DNA of 64,000 nucleotides, from contig JBOGHK010000015.1 in the NCBI GenBank assembly GCA_050744325.1, positions 11,998 to 75,997 on the forward strand, written 5' to 3'. Below, in pieces: positions 1 to 9,900 of the stretch (its first letter is position 1; each line of letters begins with the position of its first letter). A model generated the notes under the pieces. That model was not told the DNA's origin. It saw only the letters and a list, made by a program, of their open reading frames with translations, and searched no databases. The position numbers were made by a program, and so were the translations under genes. This DNA comes from Acidimicrobiales bacterium. Its GTDB lineage: Bacteria > Actinomycetota > Acidimicrobiia > Acidimicrobiales > VFJN01.

Positions 1-1
1 C

Positions 2-1114
2 CGCCAGCTCGTCCCAGCCGAGGTCGGCGACGACGCCCTGCGGGCGCGGCTGGTCGAGGCGGGAGAGGTCGCCGCCGAGGCGTTCGGCGCGTTCGGAGGG
101 TTCCTCGCGGAGCTGGCCGAGCAGGCGACCGGCGACTGGGCGATCGGCGAGCCGCGCTACACGGCACTTCTGCAGCGCGCCGAGCTGCTCTCGTTCGACA
201 CCGCTGGACTGCACGCGCGGGGAGTCGAGGCCTGGGACGAGCTCGACACCGAGATGAGCGCGCTGGCCGAGCGGATCGATCCGGTGGCGTCGGGGTGGCC
301 CGAGGTGGTCGCCGCCTTGGGCCAGAACCGGCCGGCCACGCCCGACGAGATGCGCGACGGCTACGCGCGCGAGACCGAGCGGTGTCGGGCCTTCCTGGTC
401 GAGCGCGAGCTGGTGAGCTTCGTCGACGGCGAGGAGTGCCACGTCGTGCCGTCGCCACCGTTCCAGCGACCGGTGCTGGCCGTGGCGTCGTACTTCCAAC
501 CGCCGGCGTTCAAGCCCTCACGGGTCGGGCGGTTCAACGTGCCCTACCCGCCCGACGGCATCCCTGAGGACGAAGTCGTCAAGCGCCTCTCGGACAACAG
601 CTTCCACGCGATGCCCTCGATCACCGCGCATGAGGCCTACCCCGGGCACCACTGGCATCTCACGACCATGTCGACGGCCTCGCCGCTGCGCAGGGTGCAC
701 CGGTCTGCCTACTTCACCGAGGGTTGGGGCCTGTACGCCGAGCGGGTCATGCGCGAGCAGGGCTACTTCGCCGATCCGTCCGACGAGCTGGCACACCTCA
801 ACATGCGCATCTTCCGGGCTGCGCGCATCGTGGTCGACACCGCGCTGCACTCCGGGGACATGACCGTCGACCAGGCCGTCGGCCACATGCAACAGCACGC
901 GGGTCTCACCGAGCCGGTCGCCCGGGCCGAGGTCTACCGGTACTGCGCGTGGCCCACCCAGGCCGCCAGCTACCTGACCGGCTGCTTCGAGATCGAGCGG
1001 ATGCGCGACCGCTGGCTCGCCGAGCGCCGCGGCGGGCTACGCGAGTTCCACGACACGATCTGCGCGACGGGTGGCCTCCCGATCGCGCTCGCGGAGCAGG
1101 CGACGTTCGGATGA
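2..1114 (+). CDS. DUF885 family protein (metallopeptidase-like), 5' partial; the frame is open from the window start
   Basis: Frame 2 has no stop from position 2. The conserved C-terminal region shows the HEXXH-like motif HEAYPGHHWH and GWGLYAERVMREQGY typical of DUF885. Stop TGA at 1112-1114. Confidence 0.75.
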   Translation, partial: RQLVPAEVGDDALRARLVEAGEVAAEAFGAFGGFLAELAEQATGDWAIGEPRYTALLQRAELLSFDTAGLHARGVEAWDELDTEMSALAERIDPVASGWPEVVAALGQNRPATPDEMRDGYARETERCRAFLVERELVSFVDGEECHVVPSPPFQRPVLAVASYFQPPAFKPSRVGRFNVPYPPDGIPEDEVVKRLSDNSFHAMPSITAHEAYPGHHWHLTTMSTASPLRRVHRSAYFTEGWGLYAERVMREQGYFADPSDELAHLNMRIFRAARIVVDTALHSGDMTVDQAVGHMQQHAGLTEPVARAEVYRYCAWPTQAASYLTGCFEIERMRDRWLAERRGGLREFHDTICATGGLPIALAEQATFG

Positions 1115-1776
1115 ACCGCGCGGCCTTGCCGAACCTGCCCCCGGAGATGGGTGCAGGGATCCATCTCCGGGGGCAGGTTGGATGGGTCCTCGGGCTGGCG
1201 CTGGTGGCGGGTTTGGTGGCGTGCGGTGCGGACGACCGCGAGCTGCGTCCGCCCTCCGACGCGCAGACCACGACAACGGCGCCCGCGGCGCCCACCACTC
1301 CCAGCGACGGAGTCGGCACCGAGACCGAGCTGGTCCTCCAATTGACGTCAGCGGCCTTCGCCCGCGATGAGGCGATCCCCGAGCAGTTCACCTGCAACGG
1401 CCGCGACGTCTCGCCGCCACTGGGGTGGGTCAACCTGCCGGCCGGAGTCACCGAGCTCGCCCTGGTGGTGGTCGACGTGGACGCCGACGGGTTCGTCCAC
1501 TGGCTGGTCACCGGCATCCCGCCGACCACCGGTGGCCTGGCCGAGGGCCAGGTGCCCGACGGGGCCGCGGAGTGGACCAACAGCTTCGGCGAGCCGGCTT
1601 GGGGCGGCCCATGCCCTCCCGCAGGGTCCGGCACCCACCGCTACGAGTTTCGGCTGCTCGCCCTGTCCGAACCCGCCGGGCTGGCGTCGGGCATGACGGC
1701 CGAGGCGGCGTTCGACCGGCTGGTCAGCCTCCCAGCCCTCGCGATCGCGACGTACACCGGCACGGTCGTCGGCTGA
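1111..1776 (+). CDS. YbhB/YbcL (PEBP/Raf-kinase-inhibitor-like) family lipoprotein
   Basis: ATG at 1111 overlaps the upstream stop (ATGA). Signal peptide with lipobox LVAC-G. PEBP motifs VHWLVTGIP and THRYEFRLLAL. Confidence 0.8.
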   Translation: MNRAALPNLPPEMGAGIHLRGQVGWVLGLALVAGLVACGADDRELRPPSDAQTTTTAPAAPTTPSDGVGTETELVLQLTSAAFARDEAIPEQFTCNGRDVSPPLGWVNLPAGVTELALVVVDVDADGFVHWLVTGIPPTTGGLAEGQVPDGAAEWTNSFGEPAWGGPCPPAGSGTHRYEFRLLALSEPAGLASGMTAEAAFDRLVSLPALAIATYTGTVVG

Positions 1777-1857
1777 TCAGCCGTTCCCGGGCAGGCCCCG
1801 CCGAGGCGGAGGGGTCGGAGCCCGGGGGCGGGAGAGTGGGGTCGGGCGCGGGCCTAC

Positions 1858-2880
1858 TCACCGGCGGCGACGGCCGGATCGGGGGCGCGTCTCGTCTCCG
1901 GGAGCCTCGTCGTCGGCGACCGTCTCCTCGTCGGCAACGCCGTCCTCGTCGTCGTACGCGTCCTGGACGTTGTCGTCTTCGGGCTGGTCCTCGTCGTCGG
2001 CGTCCGCCAACTCCTCGTCGTACTCCTCCTCGTACGCGTCCTGGACGTCGTCGTCTTCGAGCTCGTCCTCGTCGCCGTCCATCAACTCCTCGTCGTACTC
2101 CTCGTCGTCCACCAACTCCTCGTCGTACTCCTCGTCGAGGTCGTCGTAGTCGTCGGCGGGCTCGTCCTCGTTGGCGGGCTCGTCCTTGGCTCGCGCCTTC
2201 GACTCGGCCTGCTCGGCCACCCGCCCAGCCATCTCGACCCTGCGCACCTGGAAGCTGGCGATCGCAACGAAGATCATCGACGGCAAGAAGAAGGTCATCT
2301 GCAGCAGCAGGACCATGAACGCGAGCGCGATCATCCCGACGGTCAGCGGGGTGCTGCGCCCGGATCGGCGGAAGGCGACGATCACGCCGACCAGCACCAC
2401 CAGGGGCAGGACGAACTGGAGCAGGACCACGGGACCACTGGCATCGATCGCCGAGGTGTTGTGCGAGTCCACCGTCTCGCCGGACATGAGCGAACGGGCT
2501 TCGAGATAGAGGCCCGTGAACCTGAGCGGCACCGGCTCACCACGGTCGTCCACCGGTTGGATGGGAAGGAAGGGCACGACCAGCACGGCCGCGATGCCCA
2601 ACACGATGGCGTAGGACGCCATCCGCACGCCCGGAGCGGGACGTGTGCCCGTCCCCAGGCCCAGCCATTCCTTCCAGCCGGCCCAGCCGCCCTCGAGCCC
2701 GGGTGCGGGGGCCGCTGCCACCGCCGCAGCCCCCCGCGTCGTGCCAACCGAGCTCGACGAAGCCCGAGCCCTCACGGGCCGCGGCTGCGCGGCGTGCTCG
2801 GACCGTGCGGCCATGGCGGCTCGCTTCGCCCGGTTCTCGGCGGCTCGACGTTGCTTGGCGGGTTGACGCTTGGACGGCAC
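1858..2880 (-). CDS. Hypothetical integral membrane protein with a highly acidic, repetitive C-terminal tail
   Basis: Three or four predicted TM helices (IVLGIAAVLVVPFL, VVLLQFVLPLVVLVGVIVAF, GMIALAFMVLLLQMTFFLPSMIFVAIASF). About 100-aa DE-rich tail with repeated DDVQDAYEEEYDEEL units. Start uncertain (M1 at 2880, M23 or M87). Confidence 0.6.
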   Translation of the reverse strand: MPSKRQPAKQRRAAENRAKRAAMAARSEHAAQPRPVRARASSSSVGTTRGAAAVAAAPAPGLEGGWAGWKEWLGLGTGTRPAPGVRMASYAIVLGIAAVLVVPFLPIQPVDDRGEPVPLRFTGLYLEARSLMSGETVDSHNTSAIDASGPVVLLQFVLPLVVLVGVIVAFRRSGRSTPLTVGMIALAFMVLLLQMTFFLPSMIFVAIASFQVRRVEMAGRVAEQAESKARAKDEPANEDEPADDYDDLDEEYDEELVDDEEYDEELMDGDEDELEDDDVQDAYEEEYDEELADADDEDQPEDDNVQDAYDDEDGVADEETVADDEAPGDETRPRSGRRRR

Positions 2881-2979
2881 GGTCGCTCAAAGTACCGCGT
2901 GCTGACCTGCACGGTGGCCTCCGCCCTACAGGCACGCCGGAACGAGTGCGGCCGTCCGGCCGTGTGGCTGGTCAACCGG

Positions 2980-4158
2980 TCAACCGGTCAGCTCGCGCTC
3001 CACCGGAGTGCGGAACCGTGGGGTGACGCGGACGTCGCCGATCCACGCGGCCAGGCGCTCGGCCTCGGTCTCGATCGCGGTGGCCGCCTCGGCGCCGACG
3101 TCCTCGAACAACCGGAACACGACGTCGCCTGTCGACTTGCGCTGCGCCCAGCCACCGACGATCCGGCCGTCGGCCCAGACTGTCGGCCCGATGTTGCCCG
3201 ACCGGTCGAACAACCGCGACCGGTGGTCGCCCAGGTACCAATCGCGCCCACTCCACCCCATCGCCGTGGGGTCGAGCGCCGGGAGCAGGGCGATCCACGG
3301 ACCGGGCGGTTCGACGGGCTCGAGGTCGTCAGCCAGGAGCAGCCCGCTCGCCCCGTCGAGGTCGACCTCGACCACGGCCAGCCGGACCAGCGCCGTGCGC
3401 ACCTCGCCGAGGTTCAGACCGGTCCACCACTTGAGGTCACCGATCGTGCCCGGCCCGAACGCGCGCAGCCATCCCTCGACCAGCGCGGCGTGGGCGTCGA
3501 CCCGGTCCAGGGCGGCCATGCCCTCCGGAAGCCACCTCTCGATCGGCGCCCAGCGGTACTGGCTGTTGTTCCAGGCACCCCGCGGCCGTCCACGCACGAT
3601 CGCGCCGTCCATCGACATGAGGTTGAGTATCTGGGTCGTGGCGTTCTGTTGTCCGCCGTACGACTTGCCTTCGGCATAGACGTAGCGGGTGCGCAGCCCG
3701 GGCACGGCCGTGGACAGCTCGGTGCCGAACGCACCGCCCCGGTCCTTCAACGCCTGGAGCGTTGCCTGCTCGACCGCGGCCAGCCATGCCGCGGTGTCGT
3801 CGGTGATGCCCACGTCCTGGAGCAGCTTCAGCAGTCTCCGTCGCTCGCGCGCCGCGATGGCCACCGTGCATCCGGCGTGGACCACGGGCACGAGCTCGGT
3901 GGGCGCCACCCACATCGTGCGCCGCATCCCGAGCATCCGGACCAGCGAGCGGTGCTCGTAGAGGGCGTCTTCGATGGCGACGACCTTGGGATCGGCCATG
4001 CGGGCCGCCGCCGCAAGGAACACCGTGGCCGGGTCGGTCGAGTGCAGCGCCACCAGTGACCGCGCGACCTCGGTGACGTCGTCGCAGCGCTGCCCGGCCG
4101 ACAGGCGGTGGCGCCGACCCAGCCGGGCTCGCCGCTCGGTGACCGTGACCCGCCGCAT
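2980..4158 (-). CDS. Winged-helix DNA-binding protein, AlkZ/YcaQ-like (DUF1006) putative interstrand-crosslink DNA glycosylase
   Basis: Motifs ALHSTDPATVFLAAAARM, HRSLVRMLGMRRTMW and YRWAPIERWLPEG are characteristic of the YcaQ/AlkZ family. Start placed at M37 (MRRVTV) of the 428-aa ORF. Confidence 0.7.
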   Translation of the reverse strand: MRRVTVTERRARLGRRHRLSAGQRCDDVTEVARSLVALHSTDPATVFLAAAARMADPKVVAIEDALYEHRSLVRMLGMRRTMWVAPTELVPVVHAGCTVAIAARERRRLLKLLQDVGITDDTAAWLAAVEQATLQALKDRGGAFGTELSTAVPGLRTRYVYAEGKSYGGQQNATTQILNLMSMDGAIVRGRPRGAWNNSQYRWAPIERWLPEGMAALDRVDAHAALVEGWLRAFGPGTIGDLKWWTGLNLGEVRTALVRLAVVEVDLDGASGLLLADDLEPVEPPGPWIALLPALDPTAMGWSGRDWYLGDHRSRLFDRSGNIGPTVWADGRIVGGWAQRKSTGDVVFRLFEDVGAEAATAIETEAERLAAWIGDVRVTPRFRTPVERELTG

Positions 4159-4292
4159 CGGCCGGGAGGTTACCCAGCCGGGACCGGGGGCTCGGGGGCC
4201 GGACGGGATTCCCTGACGAAGGCGACGGGCAGTACGTGCAGCGGCCGCGGCAGACGATCTCGACACGACGTGGGCCGCATCGACAGGGATGG

Positions 4293-5387
4293 TCAGAGCT
4301 CGCGGGGGACGATGCGGAGCTCGCGGAGGTCCCCGCCGCGGACCACGGTCGCCATCGTCGAGCGGCCGACCTGGTCGCCGGTGAGCAACCGCTGGAGGTC
4401 GCCGATCGACTCGACCGGCGTGCCGTCCAGGGCGACGAGGATGTCCTCGGGACGGATCCCCGCCGCCGCGGCGGGGCCACCGCTGACCACGCCGGTGACC
4501 TCGACGCCGCGACGACGATCCAGCCGGTCGGCCACGCGGGGCGGCAGGGGTCGGCTGCCCCCCGCCAGCCCGATCTCCGCCCGGCGCACCCGGCCGTCGG
4601 CGATCAGCGCACCGACGATGCGCACCGTGGTCGGGTCGAGCGGCACGGCCAGCCCCAACCCCTGGCCGATGCCTGGACCGACGACGGCCGTGTTGATCCC
4701 CACCACCGAGGCGTCGCTGGTGGCCAGGGCGCCGCCGCTGTTGCCCGGATGCAGTGCCGCGTCGGTCTGGATCACACCCTCGACCACCCGCGCCCGGCGC
4801 CCGTCGATGGTGGTGATCGAACGCCCGAGCGCCGAGACCACCCCGGCCGACACCGAGCCGGCAAAGCCGAGCGGGCTGCCGACCGCGACGACCAGCTGGC
4901 CGACCTTGAGCGTTGCGGCGTTGCCGAGCGTGGCGGCGTCGAGGCCGCCGACCGGCACCCGGACGACTGCCAGGTCGGACAGCTGGTCGCGGCCCACGAC
5001 CTCGTAGGGCAGTTCGGAGCCGTCGTGGAACACGGCGCTGCCGGCGGTGTTCCCGGCAACCACGTGGGCCGAGGTGACCAGCAGGCCATCGGACGACAGG
5101 ATGACCGCCGAGCCGTTGCCACGGCCGTGGCGCAGGCTGACCACCGACGGCAGCAGCCGCTCGGCGACCCGCACGACGGTGCGGGAGTAGGCGTCGAGAG
5201 CGACACCGTCGTCTTCCTCCGCCTGCGGGATGGGGGTCTCGCCGAGAGGGTGGGTGGCCGAGCCGGTGGCGGCGAGATGCCAGCCAGCTCGAGATGCGTC
5301 GGTGCCGACGGCGGTAGGGCGGGCATCTCGGCGACGAGACCTGCCCAGGCGCCGGAGCCCACGCTCCCCGTGACCCTCGGGGCCCAC
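4293..5387 (-). CDS. S1C (HtrA/DegP-like) trypsin-fold serine protease with C-terminal PDZ domain
   Basis: Protease core LLVTSAHVV, GNSGGAL and DAALHPGNSGGAL; C-terminal PDZ-like region. Start proposed at GTG 5387, directly after the stop of the upstream paralog. The listed M at 5465 would overlap the upstream gene by 77 nt. Confidence 0.75.
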   Translation of the reverse strand: MGPEGHGERGLRRLGRSRRRDARPTAVGTDASRAGWHLAATGSATHPLGETPIPQAEEDDGVALDAYSRTVVRVAERLLPSVVSLRHGRGNGSAVILSSDGLLVTSAHVVAGNTAGSAVFHDGSELPYEVVGRDQLSDLAVVRVPVGGLDAATLGNAATLKVGQLVVAVGSPLGFAGSVSAGVVSALGRSITTIDGRRARVVEGVIQTDAALHPGNSGGALATSDASVVGINTAVVGPGIGQGLGLAVPLDPTTVRIVGALIADGRVRRAEIGLAGGSRPLPPRVADRLDRRRGVEVTGVVSGGPAAAAGIRPEDILVALDGTPVESIGDLQRLLTGDQVGRSTMATVVRGGDLRELRIVPREL

Positions 5388-5388
5388 G

Positions 5389-6336
5389 CTACGCCTCGCC
5401 GTGCTCGGTGGGCTCGGAGTCGGCTTCGCGGAACGAGACGACCACGTCCAACTCGTCGGTGCCACGCACGATGTGCAGCGTCAGCGATCCCTCGGGAGGA
5501 AGCTGGTCGAGCGCGTTCGCGACGTCGTCAGGCGAGGTGACCGCCGTGTCGCCGACCGCCGTGACCAGGTCACCGCGCTGGATGCCCGCCCGCTCGGCGG
5601 CGCTGCCACGCTCGACCATGCGCACCAGCACGCCGTCGCGGTCGGGCAGCCCCACCGCCCGGCGGAGGCGGCGGGTGAGATGGCTCGGTGCCAGGCCGAC
5701 ACCGAGGCGGCGGCGCTCTGGCGCCTGGCCGGAGCGCAGCTCGTCGATGCGAGCGCGCAGCTCGGCGTTGGCCGGCAGGGCGATGGAGAACCCGTCACCG
5801 AGACGCAGCGTCGAGATGCCGAGCACGCGACCGTGCTCGTCGACGATCGGGCTGCCCGAGCTGCCCCGGGCCAGTGGCGCGGTGTGCTCGACGCCGTCGG
5901 CGATGCGCCTGCCGCGGGGGCCGCGGAACGCCCGGTCGACGCCGGACACCGTGCCGACGGTGACCCGGATCGTGCCGTCGGCCACCCGCACCGGGGCGAA
6001 CACCGGCTCGCCGAGGCGGACCTCGGCCCGCGGGGTGGCGGCCGGGTCGGCCGGGTCGGCCCATGCCACGGGCTGCGCCTCGCCGGTGTCCACCTCGATG
6101 ACTGCCAGGTCGCCGTCGAGGTCGACGCCGAGCGCCTGGCCCTGCACCGCCCGTCCGTCGCCGAAGGTGACCTCGGTCGTCCGGTCACGGAGGTTGTGGG
6201 CGTTGGTGACCACGATCCCGACGTCGACGACGAAGCCTGCGCCCCGGCCGCCGTGCCGTCCGATCCGGACCAGCGACGAAGCGGTGGCGTCGACCACCTG
6301 CTGGGTCTGCTCCCGGAGTTGCTCTGCAACACTCAT
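5389..6336 (-). CDS. S1C trypsin-like serine protease with PDZ domain (second tandem HtrA-like paralog)
   Basis: VVTNAHNL, GSSGSPIV and a C-terminal PDZ-like region (GDLVTAVGDTAVTS). Start at M20 (6336) or M1 (6393). Confidence 0.75.
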   Translation of the reverse strand: MSVAEQLREQTQQVVDATASSLVRIGRHGGRGAGFVVDVGIVVTNAHNLRDRTTEVTFGDGRAVQGQALGVDLDGDLAVIEVDTGEAQPVAWADPADPAATPRAEVRLGEPVFAPVRVADGTIRVTVGTVSGVDRAFRGPRGRRIADGVEHTAPLARGSSGSPIVDEHGRVLGISTLRLGDGFSIALPANAELRARIDELRSGQAPERRRLGVGLAPSHLTRRLRRAVGLPDRDGVLVRMVERGSAAERAGIQRGDLVTAVGDTAVTSPDDVANALDQLPPEGSLTLHIVRGTDELDVVVSFREADSEPTEHGEA

Positions 6337-6417
6337 GTCGTCTCGTCCCTCCACGTAGACTGACCTCACTGGCTTGTCAGTAGCAATCTGCAAGTGACTC
6401 TACAGAGGACGTAGCTG

Positions 6418-6885
6418 ATGCCAACATCCCCGCCGACCACGCATGATCCGTTGACCGAGGCCGTCACCCAGATCGGCGACCGCTGGTCCCTGCTGGTGGT
6501 GGACGCGCTGCTCTACGGGCCGCGGCGGTTCGGCGAACTGCTCGACCAGGTCAACGGCCTGGCGCCGAACATCCTGTCGAGGCGACTCAAACAGCTGGAG
6601 GCCGACCGGCTGGTGGTCGCCGAGCCGTACTCCCGGCGTCCCCTCCGCCACACCTACCGCCTCACCGCTGCGGGCGAGGAGCTGGCCGGCGTCCTCCGGC
6701 TGCTCGCGCAGTGGGCGGCAGCGCGTCGGGGCGCCACCCCCGGCGCGTCGGGCGAGGCGGCCGAGGCGGGATGGCCCGCCTTGGCCCATCAGGCTTGCGG
6801 CACGACCCTCGAAGCCCAGTGGTACTGCCCCACCTGCGGCGAGGCGGTCGACGCCGACCAGGCCAGCGACCTCCAGTGGGTGTGA
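6418..6885 (+). CDS. HxlR-family winged-helix transcriptional regulator with C-terminal Cys-containing extension
   Basis: HxlR core IGDRWSLLVVDALLYGPRRFGELLDQVNGLAPNILSRRLKQLE. Extra C-terminal CGTT...CPTCG segment. Divergent from the protease pair. Confidence 0.8.
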   Translation: MPTSPPTTHDPLTEAVTQIGDRWSLLVVDALLYGPRRFGELLDQVNGLAPNILSRRLKQLEADRLVVAEPYSRRPLRHTYRLTAAGEELAGVLRLLAQWAAARRGATPGASGEAAEAGWPALAHQACGTTLEAQWYCPTCGEAVDADQASDLQWV

Positions 6886-6999
6886 CCGGGTCGATGCGGT
6901 CATGGGGGCTGGATGGGGCACGGCCGAGATGAACGCCGCACCGAGCAGCGCCAGGCCCGGACCATCTACCGCGACCGACACGGTCTCCGTGGTGGTGTC

Positions 7000-9900
7000 T
7001 CAGCGGAAGTCGCGGCTGCGGGTGGGGGCCTTCACCGGTAGTGGCTCGACCTGCTGGGCGATCACGTTGGTCACGCCGTCGGCCCGTTCGAGACGACCGC
7101 GCACCACCAGCGCGGGTGCTCCCTGGAGCACCCGGCGGTTGTCGGCCCAGCATCGCTTCGATACCACCACGTTGATCAGGCCGCCTTCGTCCTCGAGGTT
7201 GACGAACATGGTGCCCCCCGCCGTCGCAGGCCGCTGGCGGTGGGTGACCACCCCGCCCACCACCACTCGGGCGCCGGCGGCCACCTCGCCCAGCCGTTCG
7301 GACGGGACCACCCCCTTGGCATCGAGCGCCTCACGCACGAAACGGGTCGGATGCCCGTCGGGACTGACGCCGGTGGCCCACAGATCGGCCCGGGCCTCTT
7401 CGGCGGGCCCCATGCCCGGAAGGGCTGGTGCTTCGGCACCGACCACGATGCCGTCGAGCTGGTCGCTTCCCGTGCCTGCTACTGCGCCCGCGATCCAGAG
7501 CGCCTCACGGCGGGACATCCGCTGCCCGTCCGGCATGACGAAGCAGCCCATGGCACCAGCGGTGGCCAGGGCTTCGAGCTGACGCAGGGTCATCCCCGGC
7601 ACCCTGCGCACCAGATCCTGCGGGTCGTGGTAGAGGCCACCGCGTTCGCGTTCGGCCACCAGCCGCTCGGCCAGCGTGTCGCTCACCTCGCGCACCGAGC
7701 CCAGCCCCATCCGCACCACCGGCCCGCCTCGCCCCCACTCCTCGGGCGGCACACCCTTCGGCGCGGGCGGCGCCGGCACCTCCGAAATTTTGGCAGAAAC
7801 GGCCGGATTCCGGCTGTTTCTGCCAAAATTTCGAGAGGAGGGGCTCTCGAGGGTGGCGGTGGCGCCCGAGGCGTTCAGGTCGGGGGTGCGGACCTCGACT
7901 CCATGACGACGAGCGTCCTGCACCAGGGTGTGCGGCGAGTAGAATCCCATGGGCTGAGCCTTCAGCAACGCAGCGCAGAAGGCCGCCGGGAAGTACCGCT
8001 TCAGCCACGACGAGGCGAACACCAGGTAGGCGAAGCTCATGGCGTGGCTTTCGGGGAAGCCGAACGCGGCGAACGCCACCAGCTTGTCCCAGATCAGCTC
8101 GGCGACGTCTTCGGTCACCTTGTTCGCCTTCATGCCGTCGAACAGCCGCTGTCGCAACGCCTCCATGCGCTCGCGACTGCGCTTGGAGGCCATGGCCTGA
8201 CGCAGCTGATCGGCTTCCAGCGGGGTGAACCCCGCCACCTCGATGGCGATCTGCATCAACTGCTCTTGGAACAGCGGCACGCCCAACGTCTTGCGCAGTG
8301 GCTCCTCCAGCTTCGGATGCAGGTAGGTGATCTCCTCGTCGCCTTTGCGCCGCCGCAGGTAGGGATGCACCGAACCGCCCTGGATCGGGCCGGGACGGAT
8401 CAGCGCCACCTCGACCACCAGGTCGTAGAAGTCCTTGGGACGGAGACGAGGCAGCGTGGCCATCTGGGCCCGGGACTCGACCTGGAACACCCCCACCGAG
8501 TCGGCCCGGCCCAACATCTCGTAGACCTCGGCGTCGGTGTGGTCCATGGTCGCCAGGTCGACCTCGACCCCGTGGGCCTGGCGGACCATGTCGACGCAGT
8601 GGTGCAGGGCCGAGAGCATCCCCAGGCCCAGCAGGTCGAACTTGACCAGCCCGACCTCGGCGCAATCGTCCTTGTCCCACTGCAGGACCGTCCGGCCCTC
8701 CATGCGGCCCCACTCCACCGGGCACACCTGCACGATCGGCCGGTCGCAGATGACCATCCCGCCCGAGTGGATACCCAGGTGCCGGGGTAGGTGCTGGAGG
8801 TCGCGAGCCAGCTCGACCACCGGTGCGGGCAGTTCGTGGTCGCTCCGCTCGGCCAGCTTGTCGGCCGAGGACCAGGGGTCGACCTGGCGCGACCAGGCGT
8901 CCTGCTGGCCCTGGCTGTAGCCGAACGCCTTGGCTGCGTCACGCACCGCCGACCGGGACCGGTAGGTGATCACGTTGGCGACCTGGGCCGCGTGCCACCG
9001 GCCATGCTTGTGGTAGACGTGCTGGATCACCTCCTCGCGCCGGCCGCTCTCGATGTCGACGTCGATGTCGGGGGGCTGCTGCTGGCGGTCGGCCGACAGG
9101 AACCGCTCGAACAGCAGGCCCATCTTCACGGCGTCGGCCTTGGTGATGCCCAGGACGTAGCAGACCGCAGAGTTCGCGGCACTCCCCCGCCCCTGGCAGT
9201 AGATGTCCTTCTCGCTGCAGAACTTGACGATGTCCCACACCACGAGGAAGTAGCCGGCGAACCCCAGGGACTCGATGACGTCGAGCTCGTGGTCGATCTG
9301 CGCCCACGCCCCCGGCACCGTCTCGTGGCCGCGCCGCCCGTAGCGGAAGTCCGCGCCCTCGTGGGCCAACTGGCGCAGGTACGCCATCTCGTCCAGGCCT
9401 TCGGGGCACGGGAACGGCGGAAGCTTCGGCGCCACCAGCGACAGGTCGAAGGCGCAGGCCAGGCCCAGCTCAGCCGCACGCTCGACCGCCCCCGGCCACC
9501 GGGCGAAGCGCCGGGCCTGCTCGTCGCCCGACCGGATGTGGGCGCTCGCGGCCGGAGGCAGCCATCCGACCATGTCGTCGAGGCTGCGCCGCGCCCGCAC
9601 CGCGGCCAGCGCCGAGGCCAGTCGGTGCTGCCTGGGGACCGCGTAGTGGACGTTGTTGGTGGCCACCACCTCGACCCTGGCCTGGGCCCCGAGCAAGGCC
9701 AGGGCGTCGTTGCGGGCGACGTCGAGCGGATCGCCGTGGTCCCACAGTTCGACCGCCACGTTGTCGCGGCCGAACCACTCGACCAGTTGAGCCAGCTCGC
9801 GGCCCGCAGCCGCCGGGCCCTCACGCAACAACGCCTGGGGCACGGCCCCCTTCCGACACCCCGTGAGCACCAGCCAGTGGCCACCGTGGACCGCCGACCA

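Noticed and set aside
2461-4059. 532-aa plus-strand ORF and overlapping 347-aa and 106-aa ORFs
   Set aside because: Antisense or alternative frame of the AlkZ/YcaQ-like glycosylase gene. Arg/Pro/Gly-rich with no domain features.
4236-5540. 434-aa plus-strand ORF (and 5401..6363, 5408..6358 ORFs)
   Set aside because: Antisense to the two HtrA-like protease genes, which carry unambiguous catalytic-triad motifs. These are high-GC shadow ORFs.
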